Made by a program: the position numbers and the translations under genes. Under the pieces are notes generated by a model. The model was not told where the DNA came from. It worked only from the letters and a program-made list of their open reading frames with translations, and did no database searches. Positions 40,053 through 48,686 of a stretch of 55,473 nt of DNA are shown piece after piece (the first letter of the stretch is position 1; each line of letters begins with the position of its first letter). The DNA is taken from contig VMGK01000001.1 in NCBI GenBank assembly GCA_007376535.1, forward strand, positions 1-55,473, given 5' to 3'. This DNA is from Candidatus Berkelbacteria bacterium Licking1014_7 (GTDB lineage: Bacteria > Patescibacteriota > UBA1384 > GWA2-35-9 > CG2-30-39-44).

Positions 40053-40093
40053 TCAAATGTCTCAAAATCAAGAAGAAAGGTTGATGATTCGAA

Positions 40094-40546
40094 ATGTCCG
40101 AAGAGAAAGTTCGTTTTGTCCCGGCGCTCGTCGAGGCGGAGATTACCCGCCTCGGAGTGCACGATTACGGCTACGGAGACGTAGCCGTAATCGTAGAAGG
40201 GTCCCCCGATTTCCCCGACCCTGAGGTCGGGGACCAGCTGTACCTCCTTGACGGGGTAGTAATACCCGTCAAGGAATCGGGGATGCAGGTTGGGGATCGC
40301 GCCGTCATCGGCGTGATACCCAACAAAAATCCCGACGCGCCCCAGCGATTCGTCGGGATCTTCCTCCAGCGGGAGGAACTGGAGGAACCTGCTACCGCCA
40401 CCCCTGCAACCCGGCGCCTCGCCATCGAGGTTGAGGCGCCGACAGAACTCCTGCGGGACGCCAGCCGCTGGCTGGCAGACGCGCTGGCGGAGTTCGGCGA
40501 GAAGTTTCCGGAGGCGACCGCAAACCTCCGGATCCTGCCCGCCTAG
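40094..40546 (+). CDS. GC-rich orphan (beta-rich N-domain, small C-domain)
   Basis: 150-aa ORF between promoter and terminator 40579-40614. Confidence 0.7.
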   Translation: MSEEKVRFVPALVEAEITRLGVHDYGYGDVAVIVEGSPDFPDPEVGDQLYLLDGVVIPVKESGMQVGDRAVIGVIPNKNPDAPQRFVGIFLQREELEEPATATPATRRLAIEVEAPTELLRDASRWLADALAEFGEKFPEATANLRILPA

Positions 40547-40806
40547 CCCTGCCCCCGCCCGCGACCAGATCTGTCTGTGCCCGCCCGTCCCTTTGGACGA
40601 GGCGGGCTTTTTTTATAGAAAAAAAGCTAATCAGACGCGAATTAAATCGCGAATAATCACGAAATCGCTAATCAAATCTCTAATTTGAGCACTAATAATC
40701 GCGAATACAAGTTTAAGAGATTGCCACTCCCGCCAGCTGGCGGAATCGCAACGACAAAAATGGCAATCGCAATGACAAAAGGTTAAAAATCTGCTACAAT
40801 TAATAT

Positions 40807-41034
40807 ATGAAACCAAACCAAAAATTTATCTGGGACTATGACGCCCAGTCGCTTGATCTAAAAAATCCGCAGGTTTTAAAATGGTATCTCGCGCGCAAAG
40901 TTAATTTTGGCGATTGGCAGTCAATTGACCATAATTTACTTAAAAAATATCTATCCCAACTTGATATTGACCCAACCTTAAAAAAAATGCTTAAAAAATA
41001 TTATGCTTACCAAGCCACAAAAACTCGCTCTTAA
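40807..41034 (+). CDS. Small putative antitoxin (DUF6922-like)
   Basis: FIWDYD...LDL.....W...R.VNFGD; overlaps the AbiEii-like gene. Confidence 0.65.
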   Translation: MKPNQKFIWDYDAQSLDLKNPQVLKWYLARKVNFGDWQSIDHNLLKKYLSQLDIDPTLKKMLKKYYAYQATKTRS

Positions 41035-41638
41035 AATAATTTTTGACTCTAATCTGGCTAAAATCAGCGCTTGGGGCGGCGGGACCGCGCTATCAGAAGT
41101 GTATTTGCATCATCGTCGATCTAGCGATATAGATATAATTCTGTCTCAAATGCCACCATTAAGCGATCTAACTTTATTAGTTAAACAAATAAAATCTGCG
41201 CTCAGGGCAGGCAAGGTTATCTCTTATTCTAAAATGAATCGTTTTCAATATGTGTTTATTAGCGCAAAAACACAATTGAAACTTGAATTTGTTTTTTATC
41301 CTTTTGTAAAATTGAGCAGAATTAAACGGTGGGGAAATGTACGGGTGGAATCGCTTTTTGATATGGCTGCGTCTAAAACCTTGGCGAGTTATCAACGCCA
41401 TGAGCCAAAAGACACGGTAGATATGTATTTTTTGCTAAAAGATAAATTCCCCCTTGCCAAGTTGGTTAAGGGGGTTGAGAAAAAATTCGGCGAGACAATT
41501 GACGCGGCCCATTTGCTGGCAAAATTGACTGATAATTTAGAAAAGTGCCTGGCAATAAAACCGTTGCTGTATAAAAAATTTGATAAAAAAACCGTTGAAA
41601 AATTCTTTCAGCAAGAATTTAATCAATTAAAGTTCTAA
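41003..41638 (+). CDS. AbiEii/AbiGii-like nucleotidyltransferase
   Basis: GGGTALSEVYLHHRRSSDID; K..A..QR...KD..D.YF. Confidence 0.85.
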   Translation: MLTKPQKLALKIIFDSNLAKISAWGGGTALSEVYLHHRRSSDIDIILSQMPPLSDLTLLVKQIKSALRAGKVISYSKMNRFQYVFISAKTQLKLEFVFYPFVKLSRIKRWGNVRVESLFDMAASKTLASYQRHEPKDTVDMYFLLKDKFPLAKLVKGVEKKFGETIDAAHLLAKLTDNLEKCLAIKPLLYKKFDKKTVEKFFQQEFNQLKF

Positions 41639-41735
41639 AACTCGCCAGTCGCTGAAACCGTTTCCACCCCGTAGGTGAAAATAGAATTAGAGCAATTAGA
41701 AATTTTTGTGCTATAATACAACAAAAGGAGGAAAG

Positions 41736-44408
41736 TTGGGCTTTTTATCTTGGTATTATCCAACCGGGATTTTGCAGGTGGGAAAAATTTTTATATTTGC
41801 TCTGCGCTGGGAAATTGAGACCTTCTCAATTTTTGAACTGGCGCGCACGCTTTTTTCGCCCTGGCGCCGCGACATAATCTACGCGGTCCATCCCACCTTG
41901 CAACAACTATTTCAAATCTTTGCTCTGAATCTGGCCTCGCGATTTTTTGGACTGATTATCAGGTTGGTTACTTTAATCGCCGGTTTGTTGATTGTGGTCA
42001 TTTCGTTGATCTTTTTCATCCTGCTTTTTGCGGCGCTGGCATTTTTACCCCTCAGTTTGCCGCTCATCTTAGTGTCAAGCGCGCTTTTGTTTTTTTACCA
42101 TCCATTTTCGCCTTTTGCCTATCTGGCACTGTTGATCTTTATTATTTTAGCCCATATAATTTTTGAACTTTATCAAAAACCATATCTTAAAAATCCGCCT
42201 TTGCCTGAATCGTTAGTGGAAGCAATTGTCAAACTTCACCGCTCCGAATCAATCAATTTGGCGCCGTTTCTTGACTTTGAAGCCAAACAAATTTTTCTTA
42301 AGAGCCCGAATCTGAGCGAACTGAGAAAAAGGTTGATAGAGAGCCAAAAGGCGCGCTTTATTTTTTCCCGCGCCGCTATCAATCCATTAACATTGCCGGA
42401 AAATCATCACATTTCTGCCACGGCTGAGCAATTTTTGCTTTTTGCCGGAGAGCAGGCCGTGCTGGAAAAACACCAGCGGATTGAGGAAGGCGACCTGATT
42501 CTGGCGCTGGCGCATTTTGATCCCACTCTTACCCATATTTTAGCCAGTCAAAATCTTGACCAAAAAGACCTGGCGCAGATCGTTTATTGGCAAACCCATC
42601 TGTGGAAAATCTATTATCCGGTCTCGGTCTTTATCCAACCCGCAAATTTTCAAACCACCGGCGGTATCGCTAAAAACTGGGCGTCTGGTTACACGCCCGT
42701 CTTAGATGAATTTTCCAGCGATATTACTGAAATGGTTGTAAGCAAAAAGTTGGATTATATTTATCTGGCACACCGAACAAATACCGAACAGATTGAGACC
42801 GTACTGAGTCGGAGCGGAAAACACAATGTCATTTTGGTTGGTCCTCCGGGCATTGGCAAACAAACCACAGTGATGGGCTTGGCGCGAAAAATTTTAATCG
42901 GCAAAACCCTACCGCAAATAGCGCACAAACGAGTTGTTAGAGTTGACCTGAACACCGCGCTTTCCGCTTCGTCAGGGCAAGAAGTTGAGCAACGACTGAT
43001 CAGAATTTTGTCAGAAGTCAGCCGCGCCGGCAATGTAATTTTGTATATTGAAGATATCGAGCGGCTCTTTGAAAATCGCAATCTGGCGTTAGGCGCGATT
43101 AACGCTACCCAAATTCTTTTGCCTTTTTTAAATTCAACCCGAATGCAACTGATTGCCACCACCACTAATCAAAGTTATAATTCCTTCATCATCAATCAAC
43201 CCGGGCTGAGCGAGGCGTTTGAAAAAATTGATATTAAAGAACCAAATATGAGCCAATCGCTCCGTATCGCCGAAGAGGTCGCGCCCCAAATTGAAGTTAA
43301 AACCAATACTTTCTTTCTTTATGGCGCGCTCAAAGAAATTGTCAACCAAGCCGACCGCTTGTTTGCGAGCCGCCGTTTTCCGCAAAAAGCCATTGATTTG
43401 ACTGACGAAATCGCCAGTTTTGCCTCCAAAAATAATCTAAAAATTATTACTCCGCAAATCGTTGATCAATATATTTCAACCAAAACAAATGTGCCGATTG
43501 CCGAGGCAAACGCCCAGCAAAAACAAACCTTACTTAATTTAGAAACCAAACTTCACAACAATATGGTCAATCAAGAGCAGGCGGTCAAAGCAGTCGCAGA
43601 CGCCTTGCGCCGATCTTTTGCCGGCGTAGCCAGCCAGGGCAAACCTATGGGGAATTTTCTATTTATCGGTCCGACTGGGGTGGGCAAGACCCAGCTGGCG
43701 CGCTCGCTCGCTGAGGTCTTTTTCGGCTCGCAAAAACAGATTTTACGATTAGATATGAGCGAATTTCAGCAAACCGAAGATATCTACCGACTAATAGGCG
43801 AACAAAAGGCGAACATACCCGGCATTTTAACCGCGCGCATTCGGGAAAAACCTTTTACCTTACTGCTTTTAGACGAAATTGAAAAAGCCCACCCCAACAT
43901 CTTAAATCTCTTTTTGCAAATTTTAGACGAAGGGCAAATTACCGACACTTTTGGCGAAAAAGCCTATTTTAAGAACGCTCTGATCATCGCCACTTCCAAC
44001 GCCGGCTCGAATTTTATTCGCCAGGAATTAGAAAAAAACGCGCCGATGGAACAAATTTCTCCCAAACTTCTGGATTACATTCAAAACCAAAAAATTTTTA
44101 CGCCTGAATTCTTAAACCGCTTTGACGCGATCATCGCTTTTCGCTCGCTCAAAATTGAAGAATTAGAACAAGTGATGGAAATAAAAATCAGAAAATTAAA
44201 TCACCAACTGAAAAATAAAGTGATGGTTAATCTTTCCGGCCAGGCAATCAAAAAACTTGCCATATTAGGTCAAGATCCGGAATTTGGCGCCCGGGCATTA
44301 GAAAGAGTGTTGCAAGATAAAGTTGAAAACTTAGTTGCCAACGCCATACTTAACAATCAAGTTGCAGCCAACCAAACTTTTGTAATCAGCGAAAAGATGA
44401 TAAAATAG
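41736..44408 (+). CDS. Membrane-anchored ClpA/ClpB-like double AAA+ ATPase
   Basis: N-terminal TMs; GPPGIGK/LYIED; GPTGVGKT, LDMSEFQ, LLLDEIEKAHP, PEFLNRFD, FGARAL; SD aaaggagg before TTG 41736. Confidence 0.88.
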   Translation: MGFLSWYYPTGILQVGKIFIFALRWEIETFSIFELARTLFSPWRRDIIYAVHPTLQQLFQIFALNLASRFFGLIIRLVTLIAGLLIVVISLIFFILLFAALAFLPLSLPLILVSSALLFFYHPFSPFAYLALLIFIILAHIIFELYQKPYLKNPPLPESLVEAIVKLHRSESINLAPFLDFEAKQIFLKSPNLSELRKRLIESQKARFIFSRAAINPLTLPENHHISATAEQFLLFAGEQAVLEKHQRIEEGDLILALAHFDPTLTHILASQNLDQKDLAQIVYWQTHLWKIYYPVSVFIQPANFQTTGGIAKNWASGYTPVLDEFSSDITEMVVSKKLDYIYLAHRTNTEQIETVLSRSGKHNVILVGPPGIGKQTTVMGLARKILIGKTLPQIAHKRVVRVDLNTALSASSGQEVEQRLIRILSEVSRAGNVILYIEDIERLFENRNLALGAINATQILLPFLNSTRMQLIATTTNQSYNSFIINQPGLSEAFEKIDIKEPNMSQSLRIAEEVAPQIEVKTNTFFLYGALKEIVNQADRLFASRRFPQKAIDLTDEIASFASKNNLKIITPQIVDQYISTKTNVPIAEANAQQKQTLLNLETKLHNNMVNQEQAVKAVADALRRSFAGVASQGKPMGNFLFIGPTGVGKTQLARSLAEVFFGSQKQILRLDMSEFQQTEDIYRLIGEQKANIPGILTARIREKPFTLLLLDEIEKAHPNILNLFLQILDEGQITDTFGEKAYFKNALIIATSNAGSNFIRQELEKNAPMEQISPKLLDYIQNQKIFTPEFLNRFDAIIAFRSLKIEELEQVMEIKIRKLNHQLKNKVMVNLSGQAIKKLAILGQDPEFGARALERVLQDKVENLVANAILNNQVAANQTFVISEKMIK

Positions 44409-44688
44409 AATCAAGCCAAGCAGGCTTGACAATTTCTAATTTTTAATTTCTAATTTCTAAACAAATCTAAATGACCAAACTCCAAATCTAAAAAATTGTT
44501 TAGAATTTAGGATTTAGAGTTTAGGGTTTATCGGTAAGGAGGGTTGTGCCCCAGTATAAGGTGCCACAAAATATAGATTTGGCTGACCCCATAAAATTGC
44601 TTTCTGAAAAAGGGACTGCGTCCTCTAATTTCAAAAGCGCAATTTACGGGGCGAGACCTTGCCGCAAATTAACCCAGAGGAGTTCGTA

Positions 44689-45090
44689 ATGCCTCAGTAT
44701 AAAGTGCCACAAAATATAGATTTGGCTGATAAAATTGTTGGACCGCTTACCTTATTGCAGTTTGCCTATCTTTTGGTGGGCGGAATGATTGCCTTTGGAA
44801 TTTTCAAAACCGGCAATTTAATAATTTTTATTTTAATCGGCGCGCCGATTGCCTTGCTTTCTCTGGCGCTGGCTTTTGTCAAAGTGCAAAATATGCCTTT
44901 TGGAAATTTTTTATTGAATATGATTTGGTTCACTCTTTCGCCCAAAGCGCGCGTCTGGCGCCATTCCCAATCCAGCCAACCAACTCAAATAAAAACAGAC
45001 GATCAAAAAAATGCCAGCCAGCAAGTTGTGGAAAGAAAAATCCTGAATAAAAAAAACCTCTTTGAAATCAGCAAGAAATTGGACAGATAA
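44689..45090 (+). CDS. PrgI-family membrane protein (VirB3-like)
   Basis: MPQYKVPQNID..DKIVGPLTL.QF.YL, two TMs, P..RVW. Confidence 0.85.
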   Translation: MPQYKVPQNIDLADKIVGPLTLLQFAYLLVGGMIAFGIFKTGNLIIFILIGAPIALLSLALAFVKVQNMPFGNFLLNMIWFTLSPKARVWRHSQSSQPTQIKTDDQKNASQQVVERKILNKKNLFEISKKLDR

Positions 45091-45130
45091 TAGAAAACAA
45101 TGACAAAATCCAAATTGTTCCAAATGACAA

Positions 45131-45496
45131 ATGAATACTAAAATCCAAAATCCTAATGACAAAAAGTATGATTTGGAAGAAAGAACCGCCAAGTTTGCCG
45201 AAGAAGTTTTAGTTTTCCTTAAAACCATCGAAGAAACAACCATAAATAAGCCGATCATCAGTCAGCTTGTCAGAGCGGTTACTAGTATTGCGGCTAATTA
45301 TTGCGAAGCTGATGGAGCTGAGTCGAAAAAGGACTTTAAGCACAAGATAGCAATTTGCAAGAAAGAATCTAAAGAAACAAAATTATGGTTAAGAATGCTG
45401 GCAAAAGTCAATCCCGAAATACAAGAGAAATACCGCAAATTCTGGCAAGAAGCTCAAGAATTAACCTTGATTTTTTCAGCGATTTTTAAAAAATAA
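45131..45496 (+). CDS. Four helix bundle protein
   Basis: YDLEERTAKF, QLVRA.TSIAANYCEA..AESKKDF.HK..ICKKE.KET..WL. Confidence 0.92.
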   Translation: MNTKIQNPNDKKYDLEERTAKFAEEVLVFLKTIEETTINKPIISQLVRAVTSIAANYCEADGAESKKDFKHKIAICKKESKETKLWLRMLAKVNPEIQEKYRKFWQEAQELTLIFSAIFKK

Positions 45497-45586
45497 TTTG
45501 ACATTTCGTCATTTGTCTGCCAGCTGGCAGATTAGGATTTGATTTGAAATTTGACATTTGAGCTTTGAAATTCATAATTTATTATT

Positions 45587-46603
45587 ATGCCCACAACTGC
45601 CTCAACTCAACAATCTGTGCCAATCGCGCAAATCAGAAAGTCCGTCGCGATTTTGAAAAGCGGAGGAATCCGGGCGATTTTAAGAATCACGCCGGTTAAC
45701 TTTGCTTTGAAAAGCCAACAGGATCAAGAGGTCTTGGTGGGACAATATCAAAATTTTTTAAATTCGCTTGATTTTCCAGTGCAACTATTGGTTCAATCCA
45801 GAAAAATAGATGTCTATCCCTACCTTAAAGGTCTGGCGGATTTTAGTCAAAACATCTCGTCTGACCTGCTAAGAATTCAAATTATTGACTATATAAATTT
45901 TGTGCAAAAACTCACTGAGTTGGCAAATGTGATGGAAAAAATATTTTTTTGCGTGGTGCCGTACGAACCAAACCCAACGGAAAATCCCAGTTTTTTAAAG
46001 AAAATTTTTTCCAGCCGACCCAAAATTTCCATCAACAAAACCCAATTTGATAAATATCAGAGCGAATTAGAACAGAGAGTAAAAGTAATTGCGTCCGGGC
46101 TCGAAGCCATGGGACTGGAAGTAAAACGGCTTGACACTCAAGAAATTATTGAAGAACTCTACAATATCTACAATCCAGGAGAAGCGCACGAGGAACGGTT
46201 GGGTAAAATGGCAAAAATCGACGCGCCGATCATACATTCCAAGATGAAAAAACCAGCGCCCAATACCCTTTCTAAACCAGTTAGTAATCTGGCGCACAAA
46301 CTTAATCCACCATCTTCGCAACTAACAACAGTCAATCAACCGACAGCCGAAAAACCAAGCCAGCCGCAACCAGCCGAAAAATCTCAACTCCAAAAACCAT
46401 CAGCCACTATTGACTCTCAGCCAGCCATCGCCAGCCCACAATCACCAATCCAACCAGCGACAGAAACCAAACCGACCAACGAAACCATTCCCCAAACCGC
46501 TGATATTCCTTCTTCCGAACCAGCCCAAATTGCTCCGGATCAAAAAACGATTGATCCGCAAGTCGCGCTTGACGCCGAAGCGATACTGAAAAACCTGCAA
46601 TAA
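45587..46603 (+). CDS. T4SS-associated TraC/VirB4-N-like protein with P/Q-rich tail
   Basis: STQ..VPI..IR, NF.LKS..QE.....YQ.FLNSL.FP.Q...QSRK; sits between prgI and virB4. Confidence 0.7.
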   Translation: MPTTASTQQSVPIAQIRKSVAILKSGGIRAILRITPVNFALKSQQDQEVLVGQYQNFLNSLDFPVQLLVQSRKIDVYPYLKGLADFSQNISSDLLRIQIIDYINFVQKLTELANVMEKIFFCVVPYEPNPTENPSFLKKIFSSRPKISINKTQFDKYQSELEQRVKVIASGLEAMGLEVKRLDTQEIIEELYNIYNPGEAHEERLGKMAKIDAPIIHSKMKKPAPNTLSKPVSNLAHKLNPPSSQLTTVNQPTAEKPSQPQPAEKSQLQKPSATIDSQPAIASPQSPIQPATETKPTNETIPQTADIPSSEPAQIAPDQKTIDPQVALDAEAILKNLQ

Positions 46604-46683
46604 AGAAACAAATAAGAGATAAAAATGAAGAATTAAGAATTGAAATAGTAAATCAAAAATTTCTTAATTTTAATTTGAAAATT

Positions 46684-48498
46684 ATGCTTTTCAAAAAACC
46701 ACAATCAGATCCGGCAAAAAAACCGATGTCAGTTGCCGACACCAATCCTCAAGCGCCCGGCGAAATCCAGGCAGGCGCCACCACTTTTATTGATATTGTG
46801 GCGCCCGCCGCCTTTGTCAATACTGCCAACTATGTCCAACTCAACAATTATTTTATCAAAACATTTTTTGTCTATACCTATCCTCGCTACCTCAACACCA
46901 ACTGGCTTTCGCCGCTTATCAACCTTGACGCCACTATGGATATTTCAATGCATATTTATCCGGTTTCAACTCCTGACCTGATGCGCCAGTTAAAAAGACG
47001 GCAAACCAATCTTGAATCCTCACTATCCATTAACCGCGAAAAAGGCATGGTGCGCGATCCTGAATTAGAAACCGCTATCTCTGACATTGACGCGCTGCGC
47101 GACACTCTGCAAAAAGGCGAGTCAAAAATTTTCCATTACTCGCTTTACTTCACGCTTTACAGCCGCACCAAAGACGAACTTGAAACCCTATCAAATCAAT
47201 TAGAATCAACCTTGGGCGGATTGCTCATTTACACCAAACAGACCTATTTGCAAATGGAACAGGGCTTTAACGCCAGTTTGCCGCTTCATCTGGACGAATT
47301 GCAAATTCTAAGAAACCTTGACACTGCCTCGCTCTCAACCACTTTCCCGTTTAACAGCGCCACCCTTACTTCCAGTCATGGAATTTTATACGGCTTAAAC
47401 CGCCACAATAATTCGTTGATTCTTTTTGACCGCTTTGACCTGGAAAATGCCAACTCAACTATTTTTGCCTCCTCTGGTTCGGGAAAAAGTTTTTTGGCGA
47501 AACTTGAGGTTATCAGATATTTGATGTTAGGAACCGATGTGATAGTCGTTGACCCGGAAAACGAATACAAAAATTTGGCCGAGGCGCTGGGTGGATCATT
47601 TATTAGCATTTCGCTTAATTCTGACAAAAGGATTAACCCGTTTGATCTGCCAACCATCACCGCAGGCGAAACCGCCGAAACCGTGCTACGTTCGAATGTA
47701 TCAATGCTCACCGGACTGATTGGTCTAATGACCGGCGGACTTACTCCAGACGAATCCAATATCTTAGACAAAGCGCTCTTTGAGGTCTATTCGCTCAAAG
47801 ACATTACCACCGACCCCAATTCGTTTAAAAATCCGGCGCCCACCCTCACTGATTTGGAGCAGGTCCTGCAAAATATCACCGGCGCGGAAAATCTGATTAA
47901 ACGACTGCAAAAATACCTTACTGGCTCGTACGCCGGGCTTTTTACCAAACCAACTAATTTTAATCTTGAAAATGGCTTGGTGGTTTTTTCAATTCGGGAT
48001 TTGGAAGAAGGACTGCGACCAATTGCCATGTACACAATTTTGTCTTATATCTGGGCAAAAATCAGAAAGACGCTCCGTCGTCGGCTTTTGGTGATTGACG
48101 AGGCGTGGGTAATGATGCAACACGAAGACAGCGCCAAATTCGTCCATATGCTGGCTAAACGGGCGCGCAAATATTATCTCGGTCTCACGATTATTTCCCA
48201 AGATGTGGAGGATTTCTTGAATTCGCCGCAAGGCAGATCAGTGCTTAATAATTCTGCCATGCAAATTCTTTTGAAACAATCCACCGCGGCGATTGAAAAA
48301 ATTAAAGAGGTCTTTAATTTGACTGAATCAGAAAAATTTCTGCTTTTGGAATCAGATGTGGGCGAAGGATTATTTTTCGCCGGCAAAAATCATGTGGCAG
48401 TCAAAATTATCGCTTCTTACACTGAGGAACAAATCATCACCACTGATCCGCGCCAACTTTTGGAGGCGCAACAAGGTCAAAACAGCGCTCAAGGATAA
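46684..48498 (+). CDS. virB4: VirB4-like type IV secretion ATPase
   Basis: YGLNRHNNSLILFDRF, Walker A ASSGSGKS, DPENEY, INPFD, Walker B VIDEAW, RARKY, SQDVEDF, GEGLF. Confidence 0.88.
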   Translation: MLFKKPQSDPAKKPMSVADTNPQAPGEIQAGATTFIDIVAPAAFVNTANYVQLNNYFIKTFFVYTYPRYLNTNWLSPLINLDATMDISMHIYPVSTPDLMRQLKRRQTNLESSLSINREKGMVRDPELETAISDIDALRDTLQKGESKIFHYSLYFTLYSRTKDELETLSNQLESTLGGLLIYTKQTYLQMEQGFNASLPLHLDELQILRNLDTASLSTTFPFNSATLTSSHGILYGLNRHNNSLILFDRFDLENANSTIFASSGSGKSFLAKLEVIRYLMLGTDVIVVDPENEYKNLAEALGGSFISISLNSDKRINPFDLPTITAGETAETVLRSNVSMLTGLIGLMTGGLTPDESNILDKALFEVYSLKDITTDPNSFKNPAPTLTDLEQVLQNITGAENLIKRLQKYLTGSYAGLFTKPTNFNLENGLVVFSIRDLEEGLRPIAMYTILSYIWAKIRKTLRRRLLVIDEAWVMMQHEDSAKFVHMLAKRARKYYLGLTIISQDVEDFLNSPQGRSVLNNSAMQILLKQSTAAIEKIKEVFNLTESEKFLLLESDVGEGLFFAGKNHVAVKIIASYTEEQIITTDPRQLLEAQQGQNSAQG

Positions 48499-48500
48499 AG

Positions 48501-48660
48501 AACCCATTGCAAATCTCTCCAATCTACTACAATATGCCACATTTGGCTACAAAATACTCATCGTTCGTCATCGTCCGCCTTGGCGGATGCTTCCTCAAAG
48601 AATCCTCCCCGCGCTTTGGCGGGTCGGCATTCTTTATTAAATTAAAATTAGTAATGGGCT
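48501..48660. mobile_element. MITE-like element
   Basis: Imperfect TIRs aacccattgc...gtaatgggct; internal tccgccttggcgga hairpin. Confidence 0.45.
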
Positions 48661-48686
48661 GCGCCCTCTTGTAATAAATATAAAAT

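Noticed and set aside
25000-41650. Integron cassette array or prophage
   Set aside because: No integrase, attC-like sites or phage structural genes recognised; units carry their own promoters
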